This document shows positions 32,969 through 41,757 of a stretch of DNA of 64,000 bases, in pieces. The stretch comes from Terriglobia bacterium (GTDB lineage Bacteria > Acidobacteriota > Terriglobia > 2-12-FULL-54-10). Positions within the stretch are counted from its first letter, which is position 1; each line of letters begins with the position of its first letter. The stretch covers positions 192,001 through 256,000 of the forward strand of contig CAXVYR010000002.1 in NCBI GenBank assembly GCA_963666975.2. The letters run 5' to 3'. Under the pieces are notes generated by a model, which worked only from the letters and a program-made list of their open reading frames with translations, did no database searches and was not told the DNA's origin. Position numbers and translations under genes: made by a program.

Positions 32969-33928
32969 ATGCGGGCAAACGCGCAACGATTTTCATCTCA
33001 AATCAGACGGCAGTTGTCACCGGTCGAGAGGAGGGAGCGAGAACTGTGGATTCTTATCTTGGCGATGGCTGGAATCTTGTTCGCCGGTTTTTTTGCCATC
33101 GCCTTTCCAGCCGCATTCATGGACCTCCGCACGAGCTACAACCAGGCGGCGCCACAGCTTCTCCTCGGCTTGCTGACGCTCGTTTTGCTGTTCGGCATTT
33201 ACCTTGCCCATAAATGTATTCAGATTCGGGCTCTCCGCTTCAACTCCATCATGGCGGCATGGCAATCCGAGGTTGCCGACATCCAATTATTCACCGACCC
33301 GCTCACTCGGGTCTTCAACCGCTCCGCTTTGGACGGGATACTCAGCCCCGTAGTGGAGCGGGTGCAACGCAAGCAAGCCACCCTGGTCTTTTTATATCTC
33401 GATATAAACAACTTCAAGCAGCTCAATACCCATTTCGGCCATCTCTATGGTGATTTGGTTTTATCGGAAGTCGGGGGCATGATTAAGGAATGGATCCGCT
33501 GCTCGGACTGCGTGATCCGATTGGGTGGAGATGAGTTCCTGATTGCTCTGCTGAATACCAACCAACCCGGCGGAGAATTGGTAAAGGGGCGCATTCACCA
33601 ACGGGTGACAGATTGGAACGAGCTAATATCCGCCGAGGAAAATTCTCCTTTGCCGGGGTTTAAGCTGAACCTCAGCATTGGAATCCATGAATTTGACGGA
33701 ACCCAGTCCATCGACCAGGCTCTGGAGGAAGCAAGCACGAAAATGAACTCCGAGAGAACTCAGTTCCGGCTCCGGCAGATGGCATCTTCCTACTCAGGAT
33801 CAAAGAGCCTGAAAGCACAAGCCCCCGCCACGATGGCCGTCCCCGGCGCTGGCGGCTTCGGCCACTTTCTTCCCGAAAGCCGCGAGTCCAGTCGCATCAT
33901 CAATCTACAACCCACCGAAGATCGCTAG
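32969..33928 (+). CDS. membrane-bound diguanylate cyclase
   Basis: Two TM helices, DPLT, DINNFKQLN..GH..GD, RxxD I-site (RCSD), intact GGDEF. Confidence 0.92.
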   Translation: MRANAQRFSSQIRRQLSPVERRERELWILILAMAGILFAGFFAIAFPAAFMDLRTSYNQAAPQLLLGLLTLVLLFGIYLAHKCIQIRALRFNSIMAAWQSEVADIQLFTDPLTRVFNRSALDGILSPVVERVQRKQATLVFLYLDINNFKQLNTHFGHLYGDLVLSEVGGMIKEWIRCSDCVIRLGGDEFLIALLNTNQPGGELVKGRIHQRVTDWNELISAEENSPLPGFKLNLSIGIHEFDGTQSIDQALEEASTKMNSERTQFRLRQMASSYSGSKSLKAQAPATMAVPGAGGFGHFLPESRESSRIINLQPTEDR

Positions 33929-34076
33929 CACGCTTCTTTTTATTCAAAAGTTTCTGTCGTCCAAGGTTCTTGCGGCTGTAGAGTTCCGGGACAGCTTGCC
34001 TATGACGCCCACAAAGAAAATAGCGGAATATCTTCTGAGGACGCGATTTTGCGGGGATAGGGCGGAAGCGCAGACC

Positions 34077-34736
34077 TCACGAAAGAGCGCCCGGAATCTC
34101 CGCTGTGAATTTGCGGACACGCTCCCAAATTTCTTCCAGCACATCCAGCAGTTGGTGGTCCGAGTCATAGAGAACCAACTCGGCGTTTGAGCGGTCTTCG
34201 GCAAACCGGACCGAAAGACGGTGGTCCACCGTCTCATCGGCGCGTCCGTGGACAACCAGCGCGGGCTGACGGACGTCGGGAAAGGCCTCATACTGCAGGG
34301 CGTCTTCCAGAAGACGGTAGGAAAGATTGCGGACCTGCTTTTCGCCAAAGTGGTACACCTGACGCTGACCCCGCTCTCGCCACTCGCGCATGACATCCTC
34401 GCCGAGCGAGGCTGCCCAGTACCGTGCCAGGTCGAAGGCCGGGGCCAGCAAGACCACGCCCGGAACGCGCCGGAGATGCCGCGCCGCGAACAGCGCCGCC
34501 AGGTAAGCTCCCATGCTGGAGCCGATCAAAACGGCAGGCCCTGCTCCCACCAGCCGGTCCAGCAACGACAGTTGCCGCGAGAGTGTAGTGTTTTCAAAGT
34601 CGCCCTCGGTCAAATCCGGCAGCTGGAGTTCGTAGCCCAGCTCCGCGAACCGCTGGCGGAAAAACTGCCCCTTGCTCGAATCCGGCCCGGAAGCAAATCC
34701 ATGCAGATAGAACAGGGTAAAGTGATCGCTTGACAA
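34077..34736 (-). CDS. YqiA/YcfP-family alpha/beta hydrolase (esterase)
   Basis: YLHGFASGPDSSKG, GSSMG, HG.ADETV, DHQL. Confidence 0.9.
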   Translation of the reverse strand: MSSDHFTLFYLHGFASGPDSSKGQFFRQRFAELGYELQLPDLTEGDFENTTLSRQLSLLDRLVGAGPAVLIGSSMGAYLAALFAARHLRRVPGVVLLAPAFDLARYWAASLGEDVMREWRERGQRQVYHFGEKQVRNLSYRLLEDALQYEAFPDVRQPALVVHGRADETVDHRLSVRFAEDRSNAELVLYDSDHQLLDVLEEIWERVRKFTAEIPGALS

Positions 34737-34930
34737 GCAGAAATTCCTTCATTCACCCTGGCATGGACGCTCGAACGTCTTAGCAGCGAATCCGCGCCGG
34801 GTGTTTTTCTCCAGATTTCTATCCAGCTTTTATATCCAGCTTTTTATTCGGGGAGCCATCCTAGTCCATTTTGCGGGGTGCGTAAAGGATTAGGCGTCAG
34901 CGGGTAGTGGGGTCACAGATTGGCGATGCT

Positions 34931-35137
34931 CTATCCGCGATCTAGCCGAATTGCCTGAAGGGTAGCATGGATTGCTTTAGCACGTTCGTCCTGGGCCAGC
35001 CTTCGCCATTTTTTCTTCTTTGCTTCTGTGCTAGCCTTATCGCCCATTTTGTCTAGTTCGAGGGCCCTCCGCGTGTGCTTAATAGCTTCGTTGTCGTAGA
35101 AGGCTGCCGCCACTTTGTCACCCAAACGCCCTGCCAT
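34931..35137 (-). CDS. small basic hypothetical passenger protein (68 aa)
   Basis: RBS aaggggga before ATG, directly downstream of the transposase stop; stops next to the TIR. Confidence 0.55.
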   Translation of the reverse strand: MAGRLGDKVAAAFYDNEAIKHTRRALELDKMGDKASTEAKKKKWRRLAQDERAKAIHATLQAIRLDRG

Positions 35138-35151
35138 TTTTTTATCCCCCT

Positions 35152-36096
35152 TTATTCGATAAGTTCTCCAAGGCTCCAAATGTGATCCGTGATCCCTGCC
35201 TCCATCGCAGGCGTTACGCGCAGTGTGCCATGAATCCGACAGAAATTATAGTGAGCAAAATGCAAGGCTAGGGCAGCCTGCAAATTCTCCCATTTCTTGC
35301 TGAAAGCGTAGGTCAGCCGGGTAAGCCTCTTGCACCATTGCCGGAGAGTCCCATTCTGCCTTTCCACATGGCTAGTGCAGATGCGAGCCGGGTCTGGACT
35401 GCCAATAATCGGGGTTGACACGGTTCCTATGACCTCTCCTGGACTGTAACGCTCTCGACCATCTTCTGGCTTGCCGTAGACCTTGACCAGTTGTGCGTAA
35501 TCGACCCGATCTGTGAGGGCGTAATCAATCGCTGACGGGTAGCAGGGGAAGCCGTCCGTGCTAAGCTGAAACGGCCTGTCTGCGGTAGTCTTTCGCACCT
35601 TTGCAATAAATTCGTTTGTGCTGATTTGGTTTCTTTTCCCAAGGTGCCAAGCTACCACCAGCTTCGTGTGCCGTTCGAGTCCGATGAAGGTGTAGGCTTC
35701 CCCGATCTTGTAATTATTTAGCTCAGCAATCCATTTGTGCTGTTCTTTCTTGAACACGAACGACCAAATCTCATCAAGCTGCAAATCTTCCACGGGCACA
35801 TTCCGCAGCCGCTTTTCTAGCAGCCGTTCGCAGTGATCCCCGGCGGCTTTCAGCAGGTTTAGCACTGTCCGCTTTTCCACATGACAAAGGCGAGCAGTGC
35901 CCCTTACGCTGTTCCCTTCCACAAGGCAATGAAGGATCATGTTTACCTTCTCCAGCGGGAGCCGTGCATAGCCCAAGGGCTTGTCCTGAGGCTCGCTGTA
36001 CCGCTTCCCACACTGTTTGCACTGGAATCTCTGAATTGCTTTCTTTCCAAATTTCCCGGCCTTCACCATCTCGATCTCGCAATTGTGGCACGTCAT
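35152..36096 (-). CDS. IS1-family transposase (single ORF: Zn finger, HTH, DDE)
   Basis: CHNC/CKQC, GNSVRGTARL, LQLDEIWSFV, STDG, HVERQNGTLR..KRLTR.T.AFSK, TPAMEAG. Confidence 0.93.
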   Translation of the reverse strand: MTCHNCEIEMVKAGKFGKKAIQRFQCKQCGKRYSEPQDKPLGYARLPLEKVNMILHCLVEGNSVRGTARLCHVEKRTVLNLLKAAGDHCERLLEKRLRNVPVEDLQLDEIWSFVFKKEQHKWIAELNNYKIGEAYTFIGLERHTKLVVAWHLGKRNQISTNEFIAKVRKTTADRPFQLSTDGFPCYPSAIDYALTDRVDYAQLVKVYGKPEDGRERYSPGEVIGTVSTPIIGSPDPARICTSHVERQNGTLRQWCKRLTRLTYAFSKKWENLQAALALHFAHYNFCRIHGTLRVTPAMEAGITDHIWSLGELIE

Positions 36097-36178
36097 TTTT
36101 GACCTTGCTTTCTTCGAGCCGGTGAGCCAAAATGACGGAAGGTGTCACAACCTCGTTCTTTGGCTTCGGCCTGAGAAT

Positions 36179-36211
36179 GGCCCCGCTGGTAGCTATAACT
36201 ACTAACGGGGC
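36179..36211 (-). other. stem-loop immediately 3' of the passenger tRNA
   Basis: gccccgttagtagt-tata-gctaccagcggggc on minus strand; no U-tract. Confidence 0.6.
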
Positions 36212-36222
36212 AGTTATCAAAC

Positions 36223-36323
36223 TGGCGGTGAGGGTCCGATTCGAACGGACGGGAGTCTGGTGTTCTTGGCACCACTCCACCAAATTTACAGTCTGGCGCG
36301 TTAAACCGCTCCGCCATCTCACC
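36223..36323 (-). tRNA. atypical 101-nt tRNA: Ser-type body with GTA (Tyr) anticodon, 29-nt variable region, A7:C66 mismatch
   Basis: GGTGAGA TG GCGGAGCGGTTTAACGC G CCAGA CTGTAAA TTTGG [var arm] GTCCG TTCGAAT CGGAC CCTCACC G CCA. Confidence 0.85.
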
Positions 36324-36397
36324 ACAGAATCAAAGGCCAGGGAGTTAGGTTTTTGGAACCTCATTCTCTGGCCTTTTGTTTTGTGTAACATAAACGT

Positions 36398-36448
36398 ATT
36401 ATGCAATATTGCATGGATAATGTCAAGGCTTAAAATGCAATATTGCAT
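36398..36448. promoter_or_regulatory. overlapping divergent sigma70 promoters with two 14-bp palindromic operators (atgcaatattgcat)
   Basis: Minus strand TTGACA(36426-21)-17bp-CATAAT(36403-398); plus strand TTGCAT(36409-14)-16bp-TAAAAT(36431-36); palindromes at 36401-36414 and 36435-36448. Confidence 0.75.
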
Positions 36449-36469
36449 AAGAAAGCTTTTTGGTGTAGT

Positions 36470-36889
36470 ATGGCGCTGTGGAGGTTCATGGACTATGAAA
36501 CGGAAGATCGTCTAAATCTGATCCAGCAATGGTATGAAGTTCAAGACGACGCCGTGAAAGTAGCCTTTGATTACACGTTGCGTATACTGGCGGCGACAGA
36601 AGATTGGAACGATTCTAGCGTCAAAGAGTTTAAGGTTCTGACTAGAAAGCATGTTGGTCTTTGTGAAATTAGATTCAAAACAGATGCGAGACATCCAAAC
36701 GGTGAACCCTACAAGAGAAGATTTAGGCCGGTAGGGGTATGGCGTCCAGATTCTAGAGATTTTGTGCTTTTGTTAGGCTGTGAGAAATGGGGGATGAATT
36801 ATATCCCCCCAAACGCTTTTGATTTAGCGTTGGATTACAAGACTCAATATTTTGAGCAAGGAAGGGGCGCAATTTATGAGCACATTTAG
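36470..36889 (+). CDS. RelE/HigB(Gp49)-like toxin
   Basis: W.F..Y....N.I..W...GLCEIRFK...RFRPVG...FVLLLGCEK pattern; overlaps the downstream HTH gene. Confidence 0.7.
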   Translation: MALWRFMDYETEDRLNLIQQWYEVQDDAVKVAFDYTLRILAATEDWNDSSVKEFKVLTRKHVGLCEIRFKTDARHPNGEPYKRRFRPVGVWRPDSRDFVLLLGCEKWGMNYIPPNAFDLALDYKTQYFEQGRGAIYEHI

Positions 36890-37466
36890 GCAATTGTGGC
36901 TCAAACTTACGAAGAGCAAAAAATACCGAGAGGAGTTCGTTGCTTCTCAGGTCAAGCGTGGAATTCCCTTTCAAATCCGCACGATGATGAAGCATGAGGG
37001 GTTTTCCCAAGAAAAGCTGGCCAAACTTTCCGGTCTGACCCAAGGAGTCGTTTCCAGGGCCGCGAATCCCGATTACGGGAATCTCACGCTTAATACTGTC
37101 ATCAGAGTTGCAGCCGGGTTTGATGTTGCCTTTATCGGACGCTTTGTGCCCTTCAGTGAATTAGGGGGATGGTTTACTAACTTGTCGGAAGAGTCAGGGA
37201 AAATTCCCACGTTTGAGGAAGAGAACAGGGCGATGGAGCAGTGGGGGCCGTCGAGAGAAGAGGGTGACGACTCAAGCGTTGCAGCGGCGATTTCATCTGT
37301 GAACGACAGGTATGACAAACGACCTGCAACCAGAATGGTGGCAGAAGATACTAACGTGCTGACGAAATCGGAGGATGCTCCATCTGACCGGAGGGCGGTA
37401 GAGAATGTACTTGTTAATTACTTGCCCGAGGGTAGGAGCACAATCAATGCGGGGTTATTGCCATGA
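36876..37466 (+). CDS. XRE/HigA-like HTH antitoxin with long C-terminal extension
   Basis: QIRTMM..EGFSQEKLAKLSGLTQGVVSRAANPDYGNLTLNTVIRVAAGFD HTH; RBS ggaagggg. Confidence 0.82.
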   Translation: MSTFRQLWLKLTKSKKYREEFVASQVKRGIPFQIRTMMKHEGFSQEKLAKLSGLTQGVVSRAANPDYGNLTLNTVIRVAAGFDVAFIGRFVPFSELGGWFTNLSEESGKIPTFEEENRAMEQWGPSREEGDDSSVAAAISSVNDRYDKRPATRMVAEDTNVLTKSEDAPSDRRAVENVLVNYLPEGRSTINAGLLP

Positions 37467-37879
37467 CAAAGAAGGAACCAACTAAACAGATCAACGACGT
37501 CGAAGTGGTCGAGGAACAATTACCATTCCCTCATCCAGAAAATTATGCTTACACGAATGCTGCGCTGATTTCCATGTCAAGCTGGGACATTAGGTTGTCT
37601 TTTGCAGAAACACGCCCTAATTCAGAGGCCATATCCAAGGCTGGCGTTGTAATGACCCCCGCCCATTTTAAGGCGCTCACCGTTGCAATGTTCCAAAACT
37701 TGAAAAGTTACGAATCAGTGTACGGTGAGATTATCATCCCTCTGCCCAAGCAACCAGAACAAGCCAAACCAAAGGAAGAAGGCGTAGTTGAGAAGGGGGA
37801 GCAGGCCGGGAAAAAGGCCGAGACGGAAGGGATGCGGGTTCCCAGACCGCCAATCAAACGCACAACAAAGCCACGCTAA
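37463..37879 (+). CDS. DUF3467-like protein
   Basis: YTNAALISMSSWDIRLSF...VVMTPAHFKAL...NLKSYESVYGEI pattern; ATGA overlap with the antitoxin stop. Confidence 0.75.
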   Translation: MTKKEPTKQINDVEVVEEQLPFPHPENYAYTNAALISMSSWDIRLSFAETRPNSEAISKAGVVMTPAHFKALTVAMFQNLKSYESVYGEIIIPLPKQPEQAKPKEEGVVEKGEQAGKKAETEGMRVPRPPIKRTTKPR

Positions 37880-38250
37880 AGCCCTACAACCCCAGCAAGC
37901 GATCAGGTATCAATGCGGGGTTATTGCCATGACGCACAAACTTGGCGCATTGCCCATCGCCAATCTATGACCCCACTACCCGTCATCGGCATCCATCAAG
38001 ATTGGTATGCCCTTCCGAAAATGTTTTTTTAGACAATAACCATGACACCAAAGGTGCTGACTTGAGCCTTGGAGGTGGTCATTACCGAGAGTCACCGTCA
38101 GACTTACGGGATCATAATCCAGATTCCTCGATAGATTTCCCACAAAAACAGCACTCATAGCCCTTTTCCATCGTGAGGCTATGATGCCACGGAAGCCCGC
38201 CTGATTCCCATTTTTTCCAAACTAGAGCACTACCCAAACCCTTCTCCCAC

Positions 38251-38279
38251 TTGACATTTTCCGCCTGCTTCACTAATCT
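38251..38279 (+). promoter_or_regulatory. putative sigma70 promoter of the rplM operon
   Basis: TTGACA-17bp-TAATCT. Confidence 0.6.
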
Positions 38280-38314
38280 GGTTACTCTTTAACATTGTTG
38301 AGGTGGTGATAGAA

Positions 38315-38764
38315 GTGTCAACTTATTTCCCCTCCAAGGGGGAGGTCCAACCGAAATGGTATTGCGTGGACGCGGAAGGACAGGTATTAGGCCGGCTGGC
38401 AACGCAAGTGGCCACTTTGCTGCGCGGCAAGCATAAGGCGGAATTTACCCCTTTCCTAAACCTCGGAGATCATGTCATTGTGATCAATGCGGCCAAGGTG
38501 CGCCTTACAGGCAACAAGCTGGCTCAGAAGGTATACCGCCATCATACGGGCTATCCTGGCGGGTTGGTGGAAATCAGCGCTCAGAGGATGATGGAGCGCA
38601 AGCCGGAAACCATGGTGCGCGAAGCGGTGCTCGGCATGCTGCCCAAGAATAAGCTGGGGAAGGCGATAGCAAGGAAATTGATGGTTTACCGGGACGGCAA
38701 GCACCCCCATGAGGGACAGAAACCAGAGCCTTACCGGTTGCTGGCTGCCAAGCAACTAAACTAG
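38315..38764 (+). CDS. rplM: 50S ribosomal protein L13
   Basis: WY.VDA...LGRLA, GKHK..FTP, HTGYPGG, GMLPKN. Confidence 0.98.
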   Translation: MSTYFPSKGEVQPKWYCVDAEGQVLGRLATQVATLLRGKHKAEFTPFLNLGDHVIVINAAKVRLTGNKLAQKVYRHHTGYPGGLVEISAQRMMERKPETMVREAVLGMLPKNKLGKAIARKLMVYRDGKHPHEGQKPEPYRLLAAKQLN

Positions 38765-38799
38765 AGACAGACCAGCCAGAACCAGTTCGAAAGGAAAAA

Positions 38800-39210
38800 A
38801 TGGAAGAGCAGGCGAAGGGCCCAATCGAGCAATATTACGGAACGGGAAGGCGCAAGTGCAGCGTGGCGCGCGTCTTTTTGCGTCCCGGCAAGGGCGACTT
38901 CCTGGTGAATGGCCGTCCGATGGACGCATATTTTCTGGGGGAGCCGCAGCGGGTGCGGATGCAGCATCCACTGCAGATAACGGAATTGACCGGGAAGTTC
39001 GACGTGCTCATCAATGTGCGTGGAGGGGGCATCGTAGCACAGGCTGGCGCAGTCCGGCTAGGCATAACGCGTGCGCTGCTGGTTTATGATGCCGAGTTGC
39101 GGGGCAAACTCAAAAAGGTGGGTTTCTTAACCCGCGATGCGCGGATCAAAGAGCGCAAAAAGTACGGCCAGAAGGGCGCACGGAAACGGTTCCAGTTCTC
39201 CAAACGCTAA
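38800..39210 (+). CDS. rpsI: 30S ribosomal protein S9
   Basis: [29 protein letters not shown]. Confidence 0.98.
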   Translation: MEEQAKGPIEQYYGTGRRKCSVARVFLRPGKGDFLVNGRPMDAYFLGEPQRVRMQHPLQITELTGKFDVLINVRGGGIVAQAGAVRLGITRALLVYDAELRGKLKKVGFLTRDARIKERKKYGQKGARKRFQFSKR

Positions 39211-39250
39211 GGCAACAAAGGAAACAGCCACTTCACTACGAGGAGGTTTT

Positions 39251-40117
39251 TTGGCGGCAATTACGATGAAAGAGTTGTTGGAAGCTGGCGTTCACTTTGG
39301 GCACCAGACCCGGCGCTGGAATCCAAAGATGAAGGAGTATATTTTCGGCGAACGCAATGGCATCCACATCATTGATTTGCAGAAGACCCTCAAAATGTTT
39401 AAGGAAGCCACACGGTTTGTTGTGGAGTTGGCCAAGGAGGGGCGGACTCTCCTGTTTGTGGGAACCAAGCGGCAGGCTCAGGAAGCAATCGTCGAAGAGG
39501 CCAAGCGATGCTCCATGTATTTTGTGAACCAGCGATGGCTGGGCGGGCTGCTGACCAATTACGGCACCATCCAAAAGTCGATCCGGCGATTGAAAGAGTT
39601 GGATGAGATGTCGCAGGACGGCCGCTACGAGTTGCTGCCAAAAAAAGAAGTCATCAAGCTGGAGAGGGAGCGGAAGCATCTGGAGCAAAACCTGTCCGGC
39701 ATCAAGGAAATGCCCGGTCTTCCGGACGCCGTTTTTGTGATTGATTCTTTCAAAGAAGAAATTGCAGTTCACGAGGCCCGCAAGCTGGAAATTCCGGTGG
39801 TGGGGGTTGTAGATACCAACTGCGACCCGGACAAGGTGACATACGTCATTCCCGGCAATGACGACGCCTTGCGGGCCATCCGGCTATTCGCTTCCAAGAT
39901 TGCGGACGCGGTTTTGGAAGGAAAGCAACTGGCTGCGGAAGTCGCTTTAGAAGAGGAGAGCCGGGCAGCGAAGGCGGAATCCGAGAACCAGGAACTGGCC
40001 GCAGAGGATTCGCAGATGTATTCCCCTCCGCGAAAAGAGCCTGCTGTTGAACCGGCAGGGGAGGAAGACTTGTCCACCGATACTCCCGACGTAGCGGCCC
40101 CGGGAGGCATCCAGTAG
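39251..40117 (+). CDS. rpsB: 30S ribosomal protein S2
   Basis: [35 protein letters not shown]; AGGAGG upstream of TTG. Confidence 0.98.
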   Translation: MAAITMKELLEAGVHFGHQTRRWNPKMKEYIFGERNGIHIIDLQKTLKMFKEATRFVVELAKEGRTLLFVGTKRQAQEAIVEEAKRCSMYFVNQRWLGGLLTNYGTIQKSIRRLKELDEMSQDGRYELLPKKEVIKLERERKHLEQNLSGIKEMPGLPDAVFVIDSFKEEIAVHEARKLEIPVVGVVDTNCDPDKVTYVIPGNDDALRAIRLFASKIADAVLEGKQLAAEVALEEESRAAKAESENQELAAEDSQMYSPPRKEPAVEPAGEEDLSTDTPDVAAPGGIQ

Positions 40118-40347
40118 GGTTGTTTCACCCGCCCGGGATTTTCGGCGATTCGCCGCTGCCGGACTGAGCGGCTCCCACCCAGTCTTGTATTGGCAAGAGG
40201 TTTTCAAAAAAAAGAGGCTCTGAAATGCGGGCGGTTTGCAGGGGAAAGTAAGAGGCGATTCCGCTTTTGCCTCCTGGAATCAACGTCCCGCAAAAAAACG
40301 CCGCTGGGATTGCAGCGGCCATTCCAAAGGCAGGTTCGTCCGAAATC

Positions 40348-40980
40348 ATGGAAACTGAGATTAAGATTTCAGCACAAACAGTAAAGCAGCTTCGCGAGCG
40401 GACCGGCGCACCCTGGGCGGACTGCAAGGCGGCGCTCACCGAGTCCAAAGGAGACCTGGACGGAGCAGAGGTGGTCCTGCGCAAGAAGGGTCTCGCCGCG
40501 GCGAAGAAAAAGGCGGGACGCACCACGCTGGAGGGGTTGGTCGGCTCCTACATTCACGCCGGCGCAAAGATCGGCGTGCTGGTGGAGTTGAACTGTGAAA
40601 GCGACTTTGTAGCCCGCACGGCAGAGTTTCAGCAACTGGCCCATGATATCGCCATGCACATCGCCGCCTCGGACCCGCGTTACATTCGCAAAGAGGAAGT
40701 GACGCCGGAGATCCTGGAAAAAGAAAAAGAAATTTACCGGGCGCAGGCATTGGCATCCGGCAAACCGGAGAAAGTGCTGGACCGCATTGTGCAAGGCAAA
40801 ATGGAAAAGTTTTATGAGGAGGTTTGCCTCTTGGAACAACACTTTATCAAGGACCCGGGGCAGACCGTAAACCAGGTCATCGCCTCCGGCATCGGAAAGC
40901 TCGGGGAAAACATCAGCGTGCAGCGCTTTGTCCGTTTCAAGGTTGGTGATAGTACGGAGAGCACCTCCAAAGCGAGCTAA
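40348..40980 (+). CDS. tsf: elongation factor Ts (short form)
   Basis: [10 protein letters not shown]...[24 protein letters not shown]. Confidence 0.97.
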   Translation: METEIKISAQTVKQLRERTGAPWADCKAALTESKGDLDGAEVVLRKKGLAAAKKKAGRTTLEGLVGSYIHAGAKIGVLVELNCESDFVARTAEFQQLAHDIAMHIAASDPRYIRKEEVTPEILEKEKEIYRAQALASGKPEKVLDRIVQGKMEKFYEEVCLLEQHFIKDPGQTVNQVIASGIGKLGENISVQRFVRFKVGDSTESTSKAS

Positions 40981-40993
40981 CGTTCCGTCCTCC

Positions 40994-41713
40994 ATGTCCT
41001 CCAAGCCCATTTTCAATCGTGTGTTGCTGAAGCTGAGCGGAGAGGCTCTGGCAGGCGCCTCCGGATTCGGCGTCGCTGCGGTTCGCTTTCAGGAAATCGC
41101 GCAGCAGATCCGCGAGGTCAGCCGACTGGGCGTGCAAACGGCGCTGGTCATCGGAGGAGGGAACATCTTCCGGGGATATGCCGATGCGGCCAAGGAAATG
41201 GACCGGGTGGCCGCGGATCACATGGGGATGCTGGCAACCCTGATCAACGCCATCGCTTTGCAGGATGCGCTGGAGAAGCAAGCGGTTCAGACGCGAGTAA
41301 TGACCGCCATGGCGATGCATCAGGTGGCGGAGCCTTACATCCGGCGGCGCGCCCTCCGCCATCTGGAAAAGGGCCGCGTAGTGATCTTTGCCGCGGGCAC
41401 GGGGAATCCTTTTTTCTCTACCGATACGGCGGCTGCCTTGCGGGCGATGGAGATTCAGGCCGAGGTGATCCTGAAAGCCACCAAGGTGGACGGCATATAC
41501 GATGCCGACCCGGTCAAGGTCAAGGATGCCAAGATGTTTTCGAAAATCTCCTACCTGGAAATGATCTCGCAGAATTTGACGGTTATGGATTCCACGGCTC
41601 TTTCGCTGTGCCGCGACAACAGCCTGCCCACCATTGTCTTCAATCTCAATGATCCCCAAAACATCGTGCGAGTCATTCTAGGGGAAAAGGTGGGTTCGCT
41701 GGTAAGCGGCTGA
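40994..41713 (+). CDS. pyrH: UMP kinase
   Basis: [28 protein letters not shown]. Confidence 0.98.
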   Translation: MSSKPIFNRVLLKLSGEALAGASGFGVAAVRFQEIAQQIREVSRLGVQTALVIGGGNIFRGYADAAKEMDRVAADHMGMLATLINAIALQDALEKQAVQTRVMTAMAMHQVAEPYIRRRALRHLEKGRVVIFAAGTGNPFFSTDTAAALRAMEIQAEVILKATKVDGIYDADPVKVKDAKMFSKISYLEMISQNLTVMDSTALSLCRDNSLPTIVFNLNDPQNIVRVILGEKVGSLVSG

Positions 41714-41757
41714 TTCAGCTCCGGACGGGCCGGAAAAACCGGCTTGGGGAATGGCTC

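Larger units (their letters stand above)
34903..37980 (-). mobile_element. IS1-family transporter element carrying passenger genes
   Basis: 26-bp TIRs ggtagtggggtcacagattggcgatg (34903-34928) and rc ggtagtggggtcatagattggcgatg (37955-37980); flanking 8-bp cgtcagcg / cgtcatcg. Confidence 0.93.

Noticed and set aside
36223-36323. Interpretation as tRNA-Sec, an intron-containing tRNA, an 8/4 or 9/3 allo-tRNA, or an att-site fragment
   Set aside because: The anticodon is GTA not TCA, the extra length forms a variable-arm stem, it folds 7/5, and it is full-length and internal to the IS with no integrase nearby
35774-36448. 224-aa ORF spanning the tRNA and transposase start
   Set aside because: It overlaps the promoter, tRNA and out-of-frame transposase and has no recognisable motif
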